Source: Felis catus (taxonomy: Eukaryota). From it: a stretch of 64,000 nucleotides of DNA. Position numbers and translations under genes: made by a program. Under the pieces are notes generated by a model. It saw nothing but the letters and a program-made list of their open reading frames with translations. It ran no database searches and had not been told where the DNA came from. The stretch covers positions 55,120,001 through 55,184,000 of the forward strand of contig NC_058368.1 of NCBI RefSeq assembly GCF_018350175.1, in the 5' to 3' direction. Shown piece by piece: positions 26,082 to 36,982 of this stretch (position 1 is its first letter; each line of letters begins with the position of its first letter).

Positions 26082-26280
26082 GGGATGCCTGGGTAGCTCA
26101 GTAGGTTAAGCATCTGACTCCTGGTTTTGGCTCAGGTCATGATCTCAGTTTCGTGAGTTAGAGCCCTACGTCAGTCTCTGTGCTGACAGTGCAGAGCCTT
26201 CTTGGGATTCTCTGTCTCCCTTTCTCTGCCCCTTTCCCGCATGTGCCCTCTCTCGCTCAAAAATAAATAAACATTAAAAA
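26082..26280 (+). mobile_element. CAN-SINE
   Basis: gggatgcctgggtagctcag head. TSD a(g/a)aac(g/a)ttata. Confidence 0.95.
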
Positions 26281-26718
26281 AAAACATTATAGCTTTCACA
26301 GCATTTGAGTCTCCCTCATGAATTATAACTAGCAGTTCACGGTTACAGTTTAATTTTCATTTTAAATTGTTTTCTCTTTGCCTACTGTAGTCCTGTCCTA
26401 TCACTTCCTCTATGAGTAAAGTACAGGATACCCTGGGTTCTTGCAGGGTTCGGGCTTATGACATTCGGGAATGCGTTTTCTTGTGAGTTTTGACTTACAA
26501 GCGTTTACAAAGGGTGGATGTCAATACATTTGTAAATCATGAAATTTTCTTAATTTCAACACACTTTTGATCCTTATCCAGAAATAGAACTTGACCTTAT
26601 CAAATGTATAGCTGGTGTATATTGAAAAGAAATGAGATGTTCAGTGTCTGAAATATGAATGCATACACATTGGAATTCAAAACCAAAGCTAATTGGCTGA
26701 ATCAATGGTCTGAGATCT

Positions 26719-26720
<2 letters not shown>

Positions 26721-26765
<45 letters not shown>
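26721..26765. repeat. (CA)n microsatellite
   Basis: Seen directly. Confidence 0.97.
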
Positions 26766-26768
<3 letters not shown>

Positions 26769-27559
26769 TAAAATTAAAACTGAACCAAACTTCAAAAATA
26801 TTCAAAGATGTTGAAAACAACCCATGCACTAAAATTTGCTAAAAATTTTGCAAATATTTAACAGGAACATGTTTTGTGATAACATGTAACTTGACAAGTA
26901 TAATGAGTTGTTTTGAGTTAATTTATTAACAGTGAAATGGCTTCCAAAATATAAGGCACTTCTCCAGTGGAATACTTAGCAAAGTCTCATGAATAAGCCG
27001 GAGCTTTCACATGCATACAAAAATGAGACTTGTTTGAGGTAGCTTCCCCTACCTATCTTGTAAAACCTTCTTAGGCAAAGATATGCAAAAGGCCAGATTC
27101 TTCCTTTGGAATGGAAGATAAGAGGAAAATGTTTTTAAAAAGTGGAAAACAAAAACAAGCTGCAATTTTAATGCATCATTTTGAGACATCAGAATATAAA
27201 GAAAATACAACAATGTACTTGTAACAAGTTATACAAACCATAAATGAAAACAATAAGCCCATCACATGATTGATCCTATGCCCTGTACCTGCACTATAAA
27301 ATTATTTAAAATGTTTTGGGGATAAAGAAATTGGTGCGTTAGAGATCGTATCAGCTCATTACCTGATCTATAAAAGTAAATCTGTAGAAGAGTTAAAGCA
27401 TATTTACACCTTCTCGGTGTTTAATTGTTGCTGAAGTATGTGTTTCATATTTTTAGTAAAATATTATATATCCTTTCCTTGCCAAAGATCAAAAAGGAAA
27501 GGGTTCAGGAAAATGACATTTGAGAGTATGATAAAAGACCCAATCAAACATGTGTTTTA

Positions 27560-28115
27560 CAGTAAGCACGTGACTTGCTTCTTCCACTGTTTAAACCATT
27601 TAAGGAAGAGGGTGAACTTACTGCTTTTGTATTCTTCAATCAGGTTTATTAATAGAATATTGAAAGACATTTCTTGCTTTTCTCTGATTACAACACACTT
27701 TTAACCCAAATCCAATAAATCACTCATTTATTTGCAATTGTAATTTAAGCACAATTTAAACACTATCAATAAGGTTACTATGTAGCCTTGCAGCGTACAA
27801 GACAAGAATGCAAATTTGCTGCTCAATTTCATTGCTAATGGATTTTTTTTTTCTTACAGTTCTTTCTTCATGCTTTTGTTATGCATTTTCTAAATCACTC
27901 ACTGCTAAAGTTGTTAGGGAAGTGGTCCCTGGTTACATGGAAGTGATCTTACTTCTGCTCATACCTGCTTTGCCTGCAGCTCGATGCCTCAGACTTCATT
28001 GTGCATTCCGTGCTGGCGCCTCAGCCGGCTGTGTTGCACTAGTTGTGACACCGGCACTGATGTGCAGCAAGCATTTCTGTATTCTAGATGCTTTTGTTAT
28101 GCATCTTCTCTAAAT
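27560..28115. promoter_or_regulatory. Candidate enhancer or alternative promoter: E-box, octamer and two SOX-OCT-like composite motifs
   Basis: CACGTG at 27567-27572. ATGCAAAT at 27808-27815. TTTTGTTATGCAT at 27874-27886 and 28092-28104. Locally retained CpGs and no recognisable repeat. Function is inferred only. Confidence 0.4.
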
Positions 28116-28437
28116 TCCTAAGAAATGTTCATCTAAGAGTTCAATGTAACTGTTCAGCTGATTTAGGGTTTTAACTGAGAACCTGCCTAAATTTCTTCTT
28201 GTGGCAATTTTATCCAACCTTCTATGCAATGCATAGAATCTCTTTTTAACATTTGGTGTCAAGACAGGCTGAAATTTAAGTAAATTCCCAGACTCATTTA
28301 CAATTTGTAGCATCAATTTCAAATGTAGAAATTGGGAGCCCTACCAGTAACGTGATACTCCTAGAATTATGTGTAACATTTGTTAAATTAGTGAAATATC
28401 AACTCAGTTTTCCTGAGAAAGATAATTAAATGTGTGG

Positions 28438-28479
28438 TAATAATAATAATAATAATGATAATAATAATAATAATAATGA
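28438..28479. repeat. (TAA)n imperfect microsatellite
   Basis: Seen directly. Confidence 0.9.
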
Positions 28480-28800
28480 TAGTCTGAGGTGGTTATAATA
28501 CATAGGAGAGGAACAGCATCCATATTTGAAGATCAGAAATTGAAATATCATATATAACTTGGACAAAAACTAGGCTTTAAAAAGATCTGGGATCATAGAA
28601 AAGGAAAATTTATTCTAGCAATGTAAAGAATTTAGAATACATGCCAGCCTTCTAAAACTAGGGCTTAGATGCTGTAGATACTGTTTAAAATCTTCAGTGT
28701 GTTCTCTTTCATGCAAAATACACATGTGTGCTCTCACATGTATATACTTACACACACAGGGTTGGCATCTGCCATTGAACATGCATAGATACATAAATCT

Positions 28801-29545
28801 TGATGGGGTTTTGGAGTGATGGTGGGGTTTGGAGCCAACAGCCAAGGAAGAATTCTTGAAGACATCTTTGGTACAAAAAAAGGTGAATTTGTTAAAGCTT
28901 GGGTACAGGACCTGTGGGCAGAAAGAGCTACACTGGGGTTGTGCAGAGTGACCGATTATATACCCTCAAGTTGGGTATAAGGAATTATACCAAGTAAGTC
29001 TCTAAGGAATTTTGGAAGCAAGATTTCCAGGTCTCTGAGGGGCTAGCTGCTGTTAGGAAAATTACCATTTATTACCATTTAGTAAAACCTCAGTCATGAG
29101 ACCCTTCAGATGTATATCAGGGGGCCATAAGCTTGGAATATGATTATCAGCATATATGTTAGGGGAGTTGAAAAAAAGGAGGTTTGCAAAGGAATTTTTA
29201 TATGTTCAAGGAGACTCACAGAAAGGATCCTTGGGGGTTCAGGATAATGTTAAGCCAAGATTGCCTTTTGCCCCTAGCAAAGTGTGATCATTGGAGGAAG
29301 CTGAGCTCCTACAGGAAGATCACTCTGCCTCTTTCAAGGACTTGTCAATGAGCTGTAGATAGTAAGATAATTAAATTTTTCCTTTGCCTTTGTTTCCCAC
29401 ACCACCATGGCAAGCACTTAAACTCCTTTCCTTTGCTCTTGGGTAGCCAGGAATGTCCAAGGAATATCACACATATTCCACCTGGGGTGGGGGGGAGGTG
29501 CTGTTAGCCTGTACTTTGCCCTCAACTTGCCTTATCTCCTCATCA
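28801..29545 (-). mobile_element. Complete solo LTR (carnivore ERV, long form, 745 bp)
   Basis: TGATG...CATCA termini. TSD aatct at 28796-28800 and 29546-29550. TATA-like catataaaaa on the minus strand near 29195-29204. Homologous to the LTR at 30153-30549. Confidence 0.9.
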
Positions 29546-29639
29546 AATCTGACTTTATAATCAGAGAAACGACCCTGTTTCTCAGTCTTCAGTGATATTG
29601 GTCAGATGTCTCTATAAAATAACAAAGGAAAACAAAATA

Positions 29640-29640
<1 letters not shown>

Positions 29641-29689
<49 letters not shown>
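29641..29689. repeat. (CA)n microsatellite
   Basis: Seen directly. Confidence 0.97.
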
Positions 29690-29691
<2 letters not shown>

Positions 29692-30152
29692 CTAGTTCTA
29701 TAATTCAAAGCCAAAAAATAACCATACTATATTCCATATAGTAAATGGAAACCAATAACCTAAACAAGGTCCCTTTCTCCTGTTAGCATTTTTCTTTAGC
29801 TCTGTCTTTACCAATGTTTTCTTCAGGCACACTATCCACTGTAGGCTTTCACTTTAATGTGTGTAATAGATGTGCATGTGTATGCTTATCTGTAATTGTA
29901 TGATATTGTTTCATGAATATGTCTGTTTATATTTTACACAAGTGCATTTTACTTTTTGTTGCTCAATAATTTGTTCTGAGTTATGCATGTATGCATAACA
30001 TCCTATTATATAAACCAACTTCACTTTAATTATTTACTATATTTATTTTTGGTTGCTAATAATCCTCAGATACAATGTAAAAATGCCAAAAATACTGGAT
30101 TTCATTGCCCATTTCTTCATTGCTAGTTATTTGAAGAACAAGATTATCATAT

Positions 30153-30549
30153 TGATGCAGAAAATGCAAAGGCAAAAAAAATGTAGATAAAATTAAATTT
30201 CCTTATAACTTGCAGGCTATTAACAAATACTTGAGACAGGCAGAGTATGACATTCCTCCAAGAACTCCCAATCTTAATGTTAATGCCTTGTTGAATAAAA
30301 AAAACAACCTTAGCTTGACAATAGTTAGGCCTCCAAGGATCCCATAAATCTTTAACATATGAAAATTCTTTTGGAAACTTCCTTTGTCTCTACCCTTCCC
30401 AACTTCAAAGTATATGATCAGTTGCTCCTCATAATGCTCCTTTCTGCCCACAGGTCCTATCCCCCATATTTTAACAAAAAACACCTTTTGCACCAAATGG
30501 CTCAAAAATTCTGAACTGTTGGTTCTAACCCCCACTTCAAATCACATCA
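30153..30549 (+). mobile_element. Complete solo LTR (carnivore ERV, short form, 397 bp)
   Basis: TGATG...CATCA termini. 4-bp TSD atat at 30149-30152 and 30550-30553. Its 3' part 'ctttctgcccacaggtcct...caccttttgcaccaaa' matches the reverse complement of ~28865-28925. Confidence 0.88.
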
Positions 30550-30764
30550 ATATGATTGAACTGATGGAGAGGTGACCCACAGTCACTACCAGGGACAACC
30601 TTCCAATTCTACAGAAACTAAAATTGACACAGATGAAGAATTTTTTTAAGTCATTGGATGAAAAATATAGATGTCTGTGTGACTTCTTCATAATGATCCT
30701 ACATTTTGAGTTTCTCTTTTTGTGAAATCTAGAGGTCTCGCAATTTTAAGAAGAAGGTGGAACT

Positions 30765-30945
30765 AGGGCACCAGGGTGACTCAGTTGGTTTAGCATCTGA
30801 TTCTTGGTTTCAACTCATGTCACGATCTCACAGTCTGTGAGATCAAGACCTACATTGGGGTCTGTGCTGACATCCCCAGAGCCTGCCTGGGATTCTCTGT
30901 CTCCCTTGTTCTCTGCCCGTCCCCCACTAGCACATGTGCACATGT

Positions 30946-30977
<32 letters not shown>

Positions 30978-31002
30978 AAAATAAATAAACATTCAAAAAC
31001 AA
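30765..31002 (+). mobile_element. CAN-SINE
   Basis: SINE body with (CT)n. TSD aaga(a/g)ggtggaact. Confidence 0.95.
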
Positions 31003-31219
31003 AAGAGGGTGGAACTTCATGAGACAATGACAGTCTTCTAAAGCCAGCACAGTCTGGGACCTGCCTTAGCTGCTGCTTATGATATCTATGCTTAACCTAT
31101 ACACTTTTACTCGTTCTTTCATATAAAAAAAATTCCAGGTTAAGTGATAAATGGTCAGAATTGTTACTTTTTATTTTCTCTTGGAAATGCCGTCAATATG
31201 AACCTGTGTCTATTTATAA

Positions 31220-31520
31220 TTATTCTGATAAGGTTTAGCTGCCATTCTAAAGAAAATCCAAATAATATTGGTTTAAACAGGAGTAAAGCTTATTTATTTC
31301 TTATGAAGCTCTTCTTATCTACTCAATCACTTTGGCATTACATCAGAATCTTAAAGAGGAGGAAGCAGGAGAGAAAGGGGACAAGAGGAACTTTTGAGTC
31401 ATCTTTTCAAATTTCCAGGCAGTTCAGCTTATATCTTGTTAGTCAACACTTATTCATGTGGCCGTGCAATATGACTTCTTTATTCCAGGCAGCTGTGTGC
31501 TCACGATTGGGAAACTATTT
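31220..31520 (-). mobile_element. Old MaLR LTR fragment (MLT1J-like)
   Basis: 'gataaggtttagctgcc...aataatattggtttaaacagg...tttatttctt' and 'gcttatatcttgttagtcaacacttattcatgtggcc'. Confidence 0.55.
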
Positions 31521-32179
31521 GTTGCTATAGAGACAGGCTGGTCCCCCAAAATATGGCCCATCTTTGCAATTCTTTGTGTAACTATATGTCCTTTGCTTCT
31601 TTGCATCAAACCAGTACCTCTATCTGTTACTGCTTTTGACTTCAGAATGAGCATTTGAACTGTAGATTTTTTTTCTTGTAGTTCTTTGAGCTGTGTCAAG
31701 GAGAGTCCTCATCATTTGCTGTGCTTCTTGTCTTCACTTCTCTCCAGATAACTTCTGCTCAGCCTCAGCTGCTTTTGGCAGCCCCAATATGTATTTTTGA
31801 GTTTGGGATTATATTTATCTCCAAGATTCTCTAAAAATGAGACTTCTGAGTTCTTCAAAAATTCAAAAATACATTCTTATGCTTTTGTAAAGATTCCAAG
31901 AGGATAAGGAGGAAATGCTGAAATACAGTCTTGTTTAAAGCAGATGTTCTTATAAGTATTTTAAATTCTGTTCCACTGAAAGAAGAAAAAGGGATAAGAG
32001 GGGAAATTTTTGTTTAACTTGTAAAGAAAGAGTAATTAACAAGAAGTTGAATAAGTTTTCTTATAGAATAAGTACACAAGTACCTAGATAATAATGTGAT
32101 TAAATCATCCTTGTGGAAAAAGGGTATAGTAAATGGGAAAGAGAGAGAAGAGGCTGGAGGAAGCAGGTTGTCATTCAAC

Positions 32180-34200
32180 TTGCAAGTGATCTCTCAACAT
32201 TTTCCAGACCTGTGGATTTTAGAGGAATTTATTTTCCATGCTTTGTGATGTATTTGTTTTAACTAGATGTACAGAATAGTTGTGACACCCTAATAACCAA
32301 GTCCAGTTAGCATCAATATCATTGATATCATCAATGTAATAAATCAGTATAACAGCAGTCCAGTGGCATGGAGAGGTGAGCAAGGTTGCTCCAGGTTAGA
32401 CTATACTGTAGGATTAGAAGTTACATAGCTATAAGGTAGGGCAGAAAAGATGTATTTCAGGTATGTTCAGTTGAAAGAAAAGCACTTCTGATGGTTTTTA
32501 CCAACAAATACAGAGGAAAAAAAAAAAACATTTTCCAGATCAATAGCTGCATACCAAGTGCTAGCTGAGGGATATGTTAATTTATTCCAGCTATGAAACT
32601 TCATCTGTAACAGCAGCTGCAATTGGAGTCAATAAGTGATTGAGATGATAATACTCTGCCATTATTCTCCAAGATCCGTCTGGATTGTGTATGATCCATA
32701 TAGACAACTTGAAGGAGAATGTAGCATGAATCATCACCCCTGTAATCTTCAAGTTTTCTAGAGTGGCACTAACCTTGGCAACATCCTTATGATTGATTTG
32801 GAATTACCGTTTTGGTAGATATAACCAGTTCTAGTGGTCTCTATTTGACCTTTCTTGTTACAAGAGCCCAGGGAATCAATGTGGAAATTCTGCCAGTTGC
32901 TAAGTGTGACTGTTCCAAATTATGGAAAATAACATCAGGATGTGTTGAGGGATCCAGCAGTCCCTCTGTGAAATGGGAACATGCCCAAATGCCATTGCTC
33001 ACTTAACCTTCATAAGCCTCAAATCTGACTGGCGGAACACAATGGCATTTCAGGTGTCCAGGATTAAGGTCACTTCAGAGACAGAGTCCAGAAATCTCTC
33101 AAAAGTCTGATTATTTTCTCTTTGCCAATGCTCAGTTACCCTAGTAAATGGTCACAGGTTATTTGAAGGAAGGGAGGAAGAAATTTTAAGTATTTATTTT
33201 TTGGCTTTATGGAAAGACTTGGCCTCTACTTCAAGAGACTATAGGTCTATGAAGTCACTTCAATATTAGAATTCATTTAGAGACTGCAGTTATCTATTAT
33301 GGTGATTTAAATACTTTTGTTAACCAAACTTAGACTTAGTTACTCATATGAATTTAGTAGACTACCCATATGTTTCAGTTTAGAGATACAATGTTCAAGC
33401 AGTCAATTCTAAAAATTTCTGCCCATCAGATTATTAGGATTTTGGATTGACTTTGTCACCCATTATGGTAAAAATGCATTCCTTGTTTTTGACCGTTAAG
33501 AGTCACAACTTGATCAAGGCCTGATTATCCTCATTGAGCTTGGAGGACTCAGTTCTGTGGCAATAGTTCCCACTATCATTTCTGGTTTACAAAGAATAGC
33601 CCGTCACAGAACTACTCAAGCACAGAAGGGTTCCACTCATGAATGTATTTTCTAGATTTAGCAAGGACTGTCCTTTGTAAGCTCTGTGGGACGTACTTAG
33701 CAAATTTTATATGATAAATCCATTCAAGCATTCCAGTCTACTCCAGCATTTGGATATCTTCATCTACAGCAAACTAAAGAAGGTCTGGTATTTCTCCTTC
33801 ATTTAGTACAGTGCAGAATTGAGTCTAAAACAAGAAAAATATTAATGGTACTCTCCAGCCAGTTAGCCAAGCTATTGCATGCTCAAATTTCTTGAACATT
33901 GATATGATATTGAGATGCATTGGATGTGTAATATCTATTTTGGAAGTCTAAATTCAGCCTGATCTAACATATTCTCAAATTTGATTTAACACTTTGAGAA
34001 TAGATTTCAACCCATGTTCCCTACACTTCTGTCTATATACATTTGCAAAATCTTGGTAATCCTTTTGTATATCAGACTTTCTCATGAGTCACACTTTGTA
34101 CATCATTCTCTGGCCTTGTTGGAATTTAAGTCCATTTATAGATCTAGAAGTAATGACTTGTGGGTAGTTAGGCCTGGAGTAAGATCAGAAGTCCCTTAAA
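32180..34200 (-). mobile_element. pol: Decayed ERV-L gag-protease-RT (internal region)
   Basis: Minus-strand peptides: FLDSVSEVTLI (within 33062-33100; cf. LLDTGSELTLI), DGSWRIM (32660-32680), TPIAAAVTD, TWYAAIDLEN, and intact YIDD codons at 32327-32338. Gag-like sequence at ~33200-34200. Confidence 0.9.
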
Positions 34201-34299
34201 TAATAATAGTACCACAAGGGAGGCTATAAAAGTTTTTTTCAGGCAAAAGTAGACCACCTCCTCAGATAGGGAGAAAATAGTGTTTCGACTGGTAAAGGA

Positions 34300-34650
34300 G
34301 GCTTAGCAAAAATTTAGGGATTCAAAGTCCTTGGCTTAAGTATAAAAGCATAATCCCATTACAATTTTCAAGGCCCCATTACTCCCTAAACATTGACTTT
34401 TTTGTCCCTGTCTAACAAGGATGCTTTTTCCTTCAGTTTACAATTACATGTTCCTTGCATCCTTTCAGCTCTCACTGGCAGCATCCTGGAAGCCCGTATT
34501 TTACTAGCAGTCTGTTCAAGGAAATTTAACTTTTCTTTATTATACTCCCCAAAATTTTCCTGGCCTCTGCCCACTGCCTGATTCCAAAGGCTCTCTCACG
34601 TGTTTAGGTATTTGTTACAGTAGTATCTCACTTCTAGGTAATAAAATCTC
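34300..34650 (-). mobile_element. MaLR internal (MLT1-int) 5' fragment
   Basis: 'cctctgcccactgcctgattccaaagg...ggtatttgttacagtagtatctcacttctaggta' matches the MaLR internal region next to the 5' LTR. Confidence 0.75.
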
Positions 34651-34662
34651 TTTACTTGGTAA

Positions 34663-34679
34663 TTTTTTTAAATTTAAGT

Positions 34680-34710
<31 letters not shown>

Positions 34711-34884
34711 GAGGGTGCATGAGCAGGGGAGGGGCAGAGACAGAGGGAGAGAGAGAATCCGAAGCAGGCTCTGAGCCATCAGCACAGAGCTCGACATGGG
34801 GCTTGAACTCACAAACTGTGATATCATGAACTGAGATGAAATCAAGAGTCAGATGCTTAACCGATTGAGCCACTCAGGCACCCC
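34663..34884 (-). mobile_element. CAN-SINE
   Basis: (ttta)n tail. Ends gagccactcaggcacccc. Confidence 0.95.
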
Positions 34885-35302
34885 TATTAATTTTCTATTA
34901 TTCCCCCCCTCTCCCAAATAGCCACACAAGTAGTATCTTAAAGCAACACAGATTTGTTATGTCAAGGTTTCTGTCAATCAGGAATCTGGACAAAGATTAA
35001 CTGGTTTCTCTGCTCAGGGTCTCACCAGGTTGAAATAAGTTTTCCATTGGGCCTCCTTTCCTATCTGTAACTCAGGGTCCTCTTCTAAGCTTATTTGGAT
35101 TGCTGGCAAAGCCAAATTCTCTTTGGTTGTAGGACTGAGCTCCCTGCTTTCTTTCCTGTGGTCCACCAGTGGCTATCCTTAGCTACTAGAGACTATTAGC
35201 AGTTTTTTGCCCTGGGATTCTTTCCACTGCATTGCAGTTTGCCCCTTCAAAGTCAGAAGACAAATTGTTTATTTCACCTTGTTTTAAGAACTCAGCAAAT
35301 TT

Positions 35303-35486
35303 GGGGTGCCTGGGCGGCTCACTCAGTTAAGTGTCTGACCCTTGATTTCAGCTCAGGTCATGAACTTACGGTTCGTGAGTTTAAGTCCCACATGGGATTC
35401 CGTGCGCATAGTGTGGAGCCTACTTGGGATTCCCTCTCATTTCCTCTCTCTCTCTCTACTCCTCCCCACCCTCTCGTTCAAAAAAA

Positions 35487-35526
<40 letters not shown>

Positions 35527-35535
35527 AAAATAAAA
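35303..35535 (+). mobile_element. CAN-SINE with (TAAA)n tail
   Basis: ggggtgcctgggcggctc head. TSD aagaactcagc. Confidence 0.95.
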
Positions 35536-35854
35536 AAGAACTCAGCCAACTAGGTCAAGCCCACATAGTGTAAACTCCTTTTGATTATTTAAAGCCCAAC
35601 TGATTAGTAAATTAATCATAAGAATGATATTGTATTATATTCACAACTTCTGCATTCATGCAAGGGGGTGGTATTATACAAATCATGAACACTAAAGGAC
35701 AGGAATCTTTTAAACTATCTTAGAATTTTATGTATGACACCTAGTAAAATCCAGAAATATAAAAAAAACCACAACATTATACTCCTTATTTTCATGAAAC
35801 TGTTCCATGACAGCAACTTATTGATCCTCCAAAGTTTTGTCTCCTATAGATACA

Positions 35855-36055
35855 TTTTTTTAAAAATATTTATTTATTTTTGAGAGAGTGAGAGACAGAG
35901 CGGGGGGAGGGGCAGAGACAGGGAGAACAGAATCTGAAGCAGGCTCGAGGCTCTGAGCTGTCAGCACAGAGCCTAATGTAGGGCTTGAACCCATGGACTG
36001 CAAGATCATGACCTGGGCTGAACTCATGCTTAACCAACTGAGCCACCCAGGTGCC
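35855..36055 (-). mobile_element. CAN-SINE (SINEC_Fc-like)
   Basis: Antisense SINE. TSD ends in atagatac. Confidence 0.95.
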
Positions 36056-36174
36056 TGTCCAATAGATACTTAATACAAGTGTCTACAGGTGATAATTTAA
36101 GTAACTGCTTTGACACTTCATGCCATAGACTACCAATGGACGTTTTACCACTGGAAACAGTCATTAAGCTTTTA

Positions 36175-36403
36175 AAGAATTTTTTAAGTGTTTATTTAAT
36201 TTTGAGACAGAGAGAGAAAGAGAGAGAGACAAAACACAAGCGAGAGAGGGGCAGAGAGAGAGAGGGAGGCATGGAATCCAAAGCAGGCTCCAGGCCCTGA
36301 GCTGTCAGCAGAGAACCTGATGCAGGGCTCGAACTCACAAACTGCGAGATCATGACCTGAGCCCAAGTCCAGCGCTTAACCGACTGAGCCACCCAGGTGC
36401 CCC
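36175..36403 (-). mobile_element. CAN-SINE (SINEC_Fc-like)
   Basis: Antisense SINE. Degenerate TSD gtcatt....tttt. Confidence 0.95.
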
Positions 36404-36505
36404 TGTCATTCATGTTTTGAAATATAACCAGGGACAGAACCACATCCAGATAACCCAGACCCAATTCAAAGAACCCATGATTAAGATTCTGTTCCGGTAA
36501 AATCT

Positions 36506-36982
36506 TTTAGTTTACTTATTTTTCTAAAGTTAGGGTCTGTGAAACCCTAAAATTAGGGTCTTGTGAAACCACAAAACCACTATGAATGAAATCGTATGAA
36601 GGATTTATCACAGTGTTTAGGTCTTACACAATTTGGGGGCTAGTTGGGGAGTATTTGCCATTCTTTATCCTGGCCCAAGATCAGAGAAGATGAAGGAGTA
36701 AATCACTTGGGAACTAGAGAAGCTGCAGTTTCAGCTGATGACCAAACACATTAGACTAATGCCAACAAGATGACCAAACACGTTAGTGACATGTACAAGC
36801 TATCACGGAGACTGTCATCCTCCTTCAATTTTTACAGTATAAAAACATGGCTCCTATTTCACTCCTGCCTTCACACCCTCACAGAAATTTAGCCTGTCAT
36901 CAACACTAACATGGGACCATATAGTAAAATAATTCTGAACAAAGCGATTGTAGCCTAAGTTGACTCCGTAATAAACCCCACA
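36506..36982 (-). mobile_element. MLT2 (MLT2F-like) 5' LTR of the ERV-L provirus
   Basis: 'aaggatttatcacagtgtttaggtcttacacaatt' and the end 'aattctgaacaaagcgattgtagcctaagttgactccgtaataaaccccaca' resemble MLT2F. Adjacent to the ERV-L leader. Confidence 0.7.

Larger units (their letters stand above)
34650..35739 (-). mobile_element. MLT1E-like MaLR LTR, split by two SINEs
   Basis: 'ctctgctcagggtctcac', 'gggtcctcttctaagct', 'ggttgtaggactgag', 'ctccttttgatta', 'atcttagaatttt...gaca'. Confidence 0.85.
35740..36505 (-). mobile_element. ERV-L 5' leader and gag start, split by two SINEs
   Basis: 'ataacccagacccaattcaaagaacccatgattaagattctgttcc' matches the antisense ERV-L leader next to the LTR. Confidence 0.7.

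Noticed and set aside
27808..28113. 101-aa single-exon ORF
   Set aside because: It runs through a poly-T tract and has no recognisable homology. Kept only as part of a speculative spliced model.
28801..30549. Single provirus or composite transposon bounded by the two LTRs
   Set aside because: The LTRs are inverted, differ in length and each has its own TSD. The spacer has no retroviral coding sequence.
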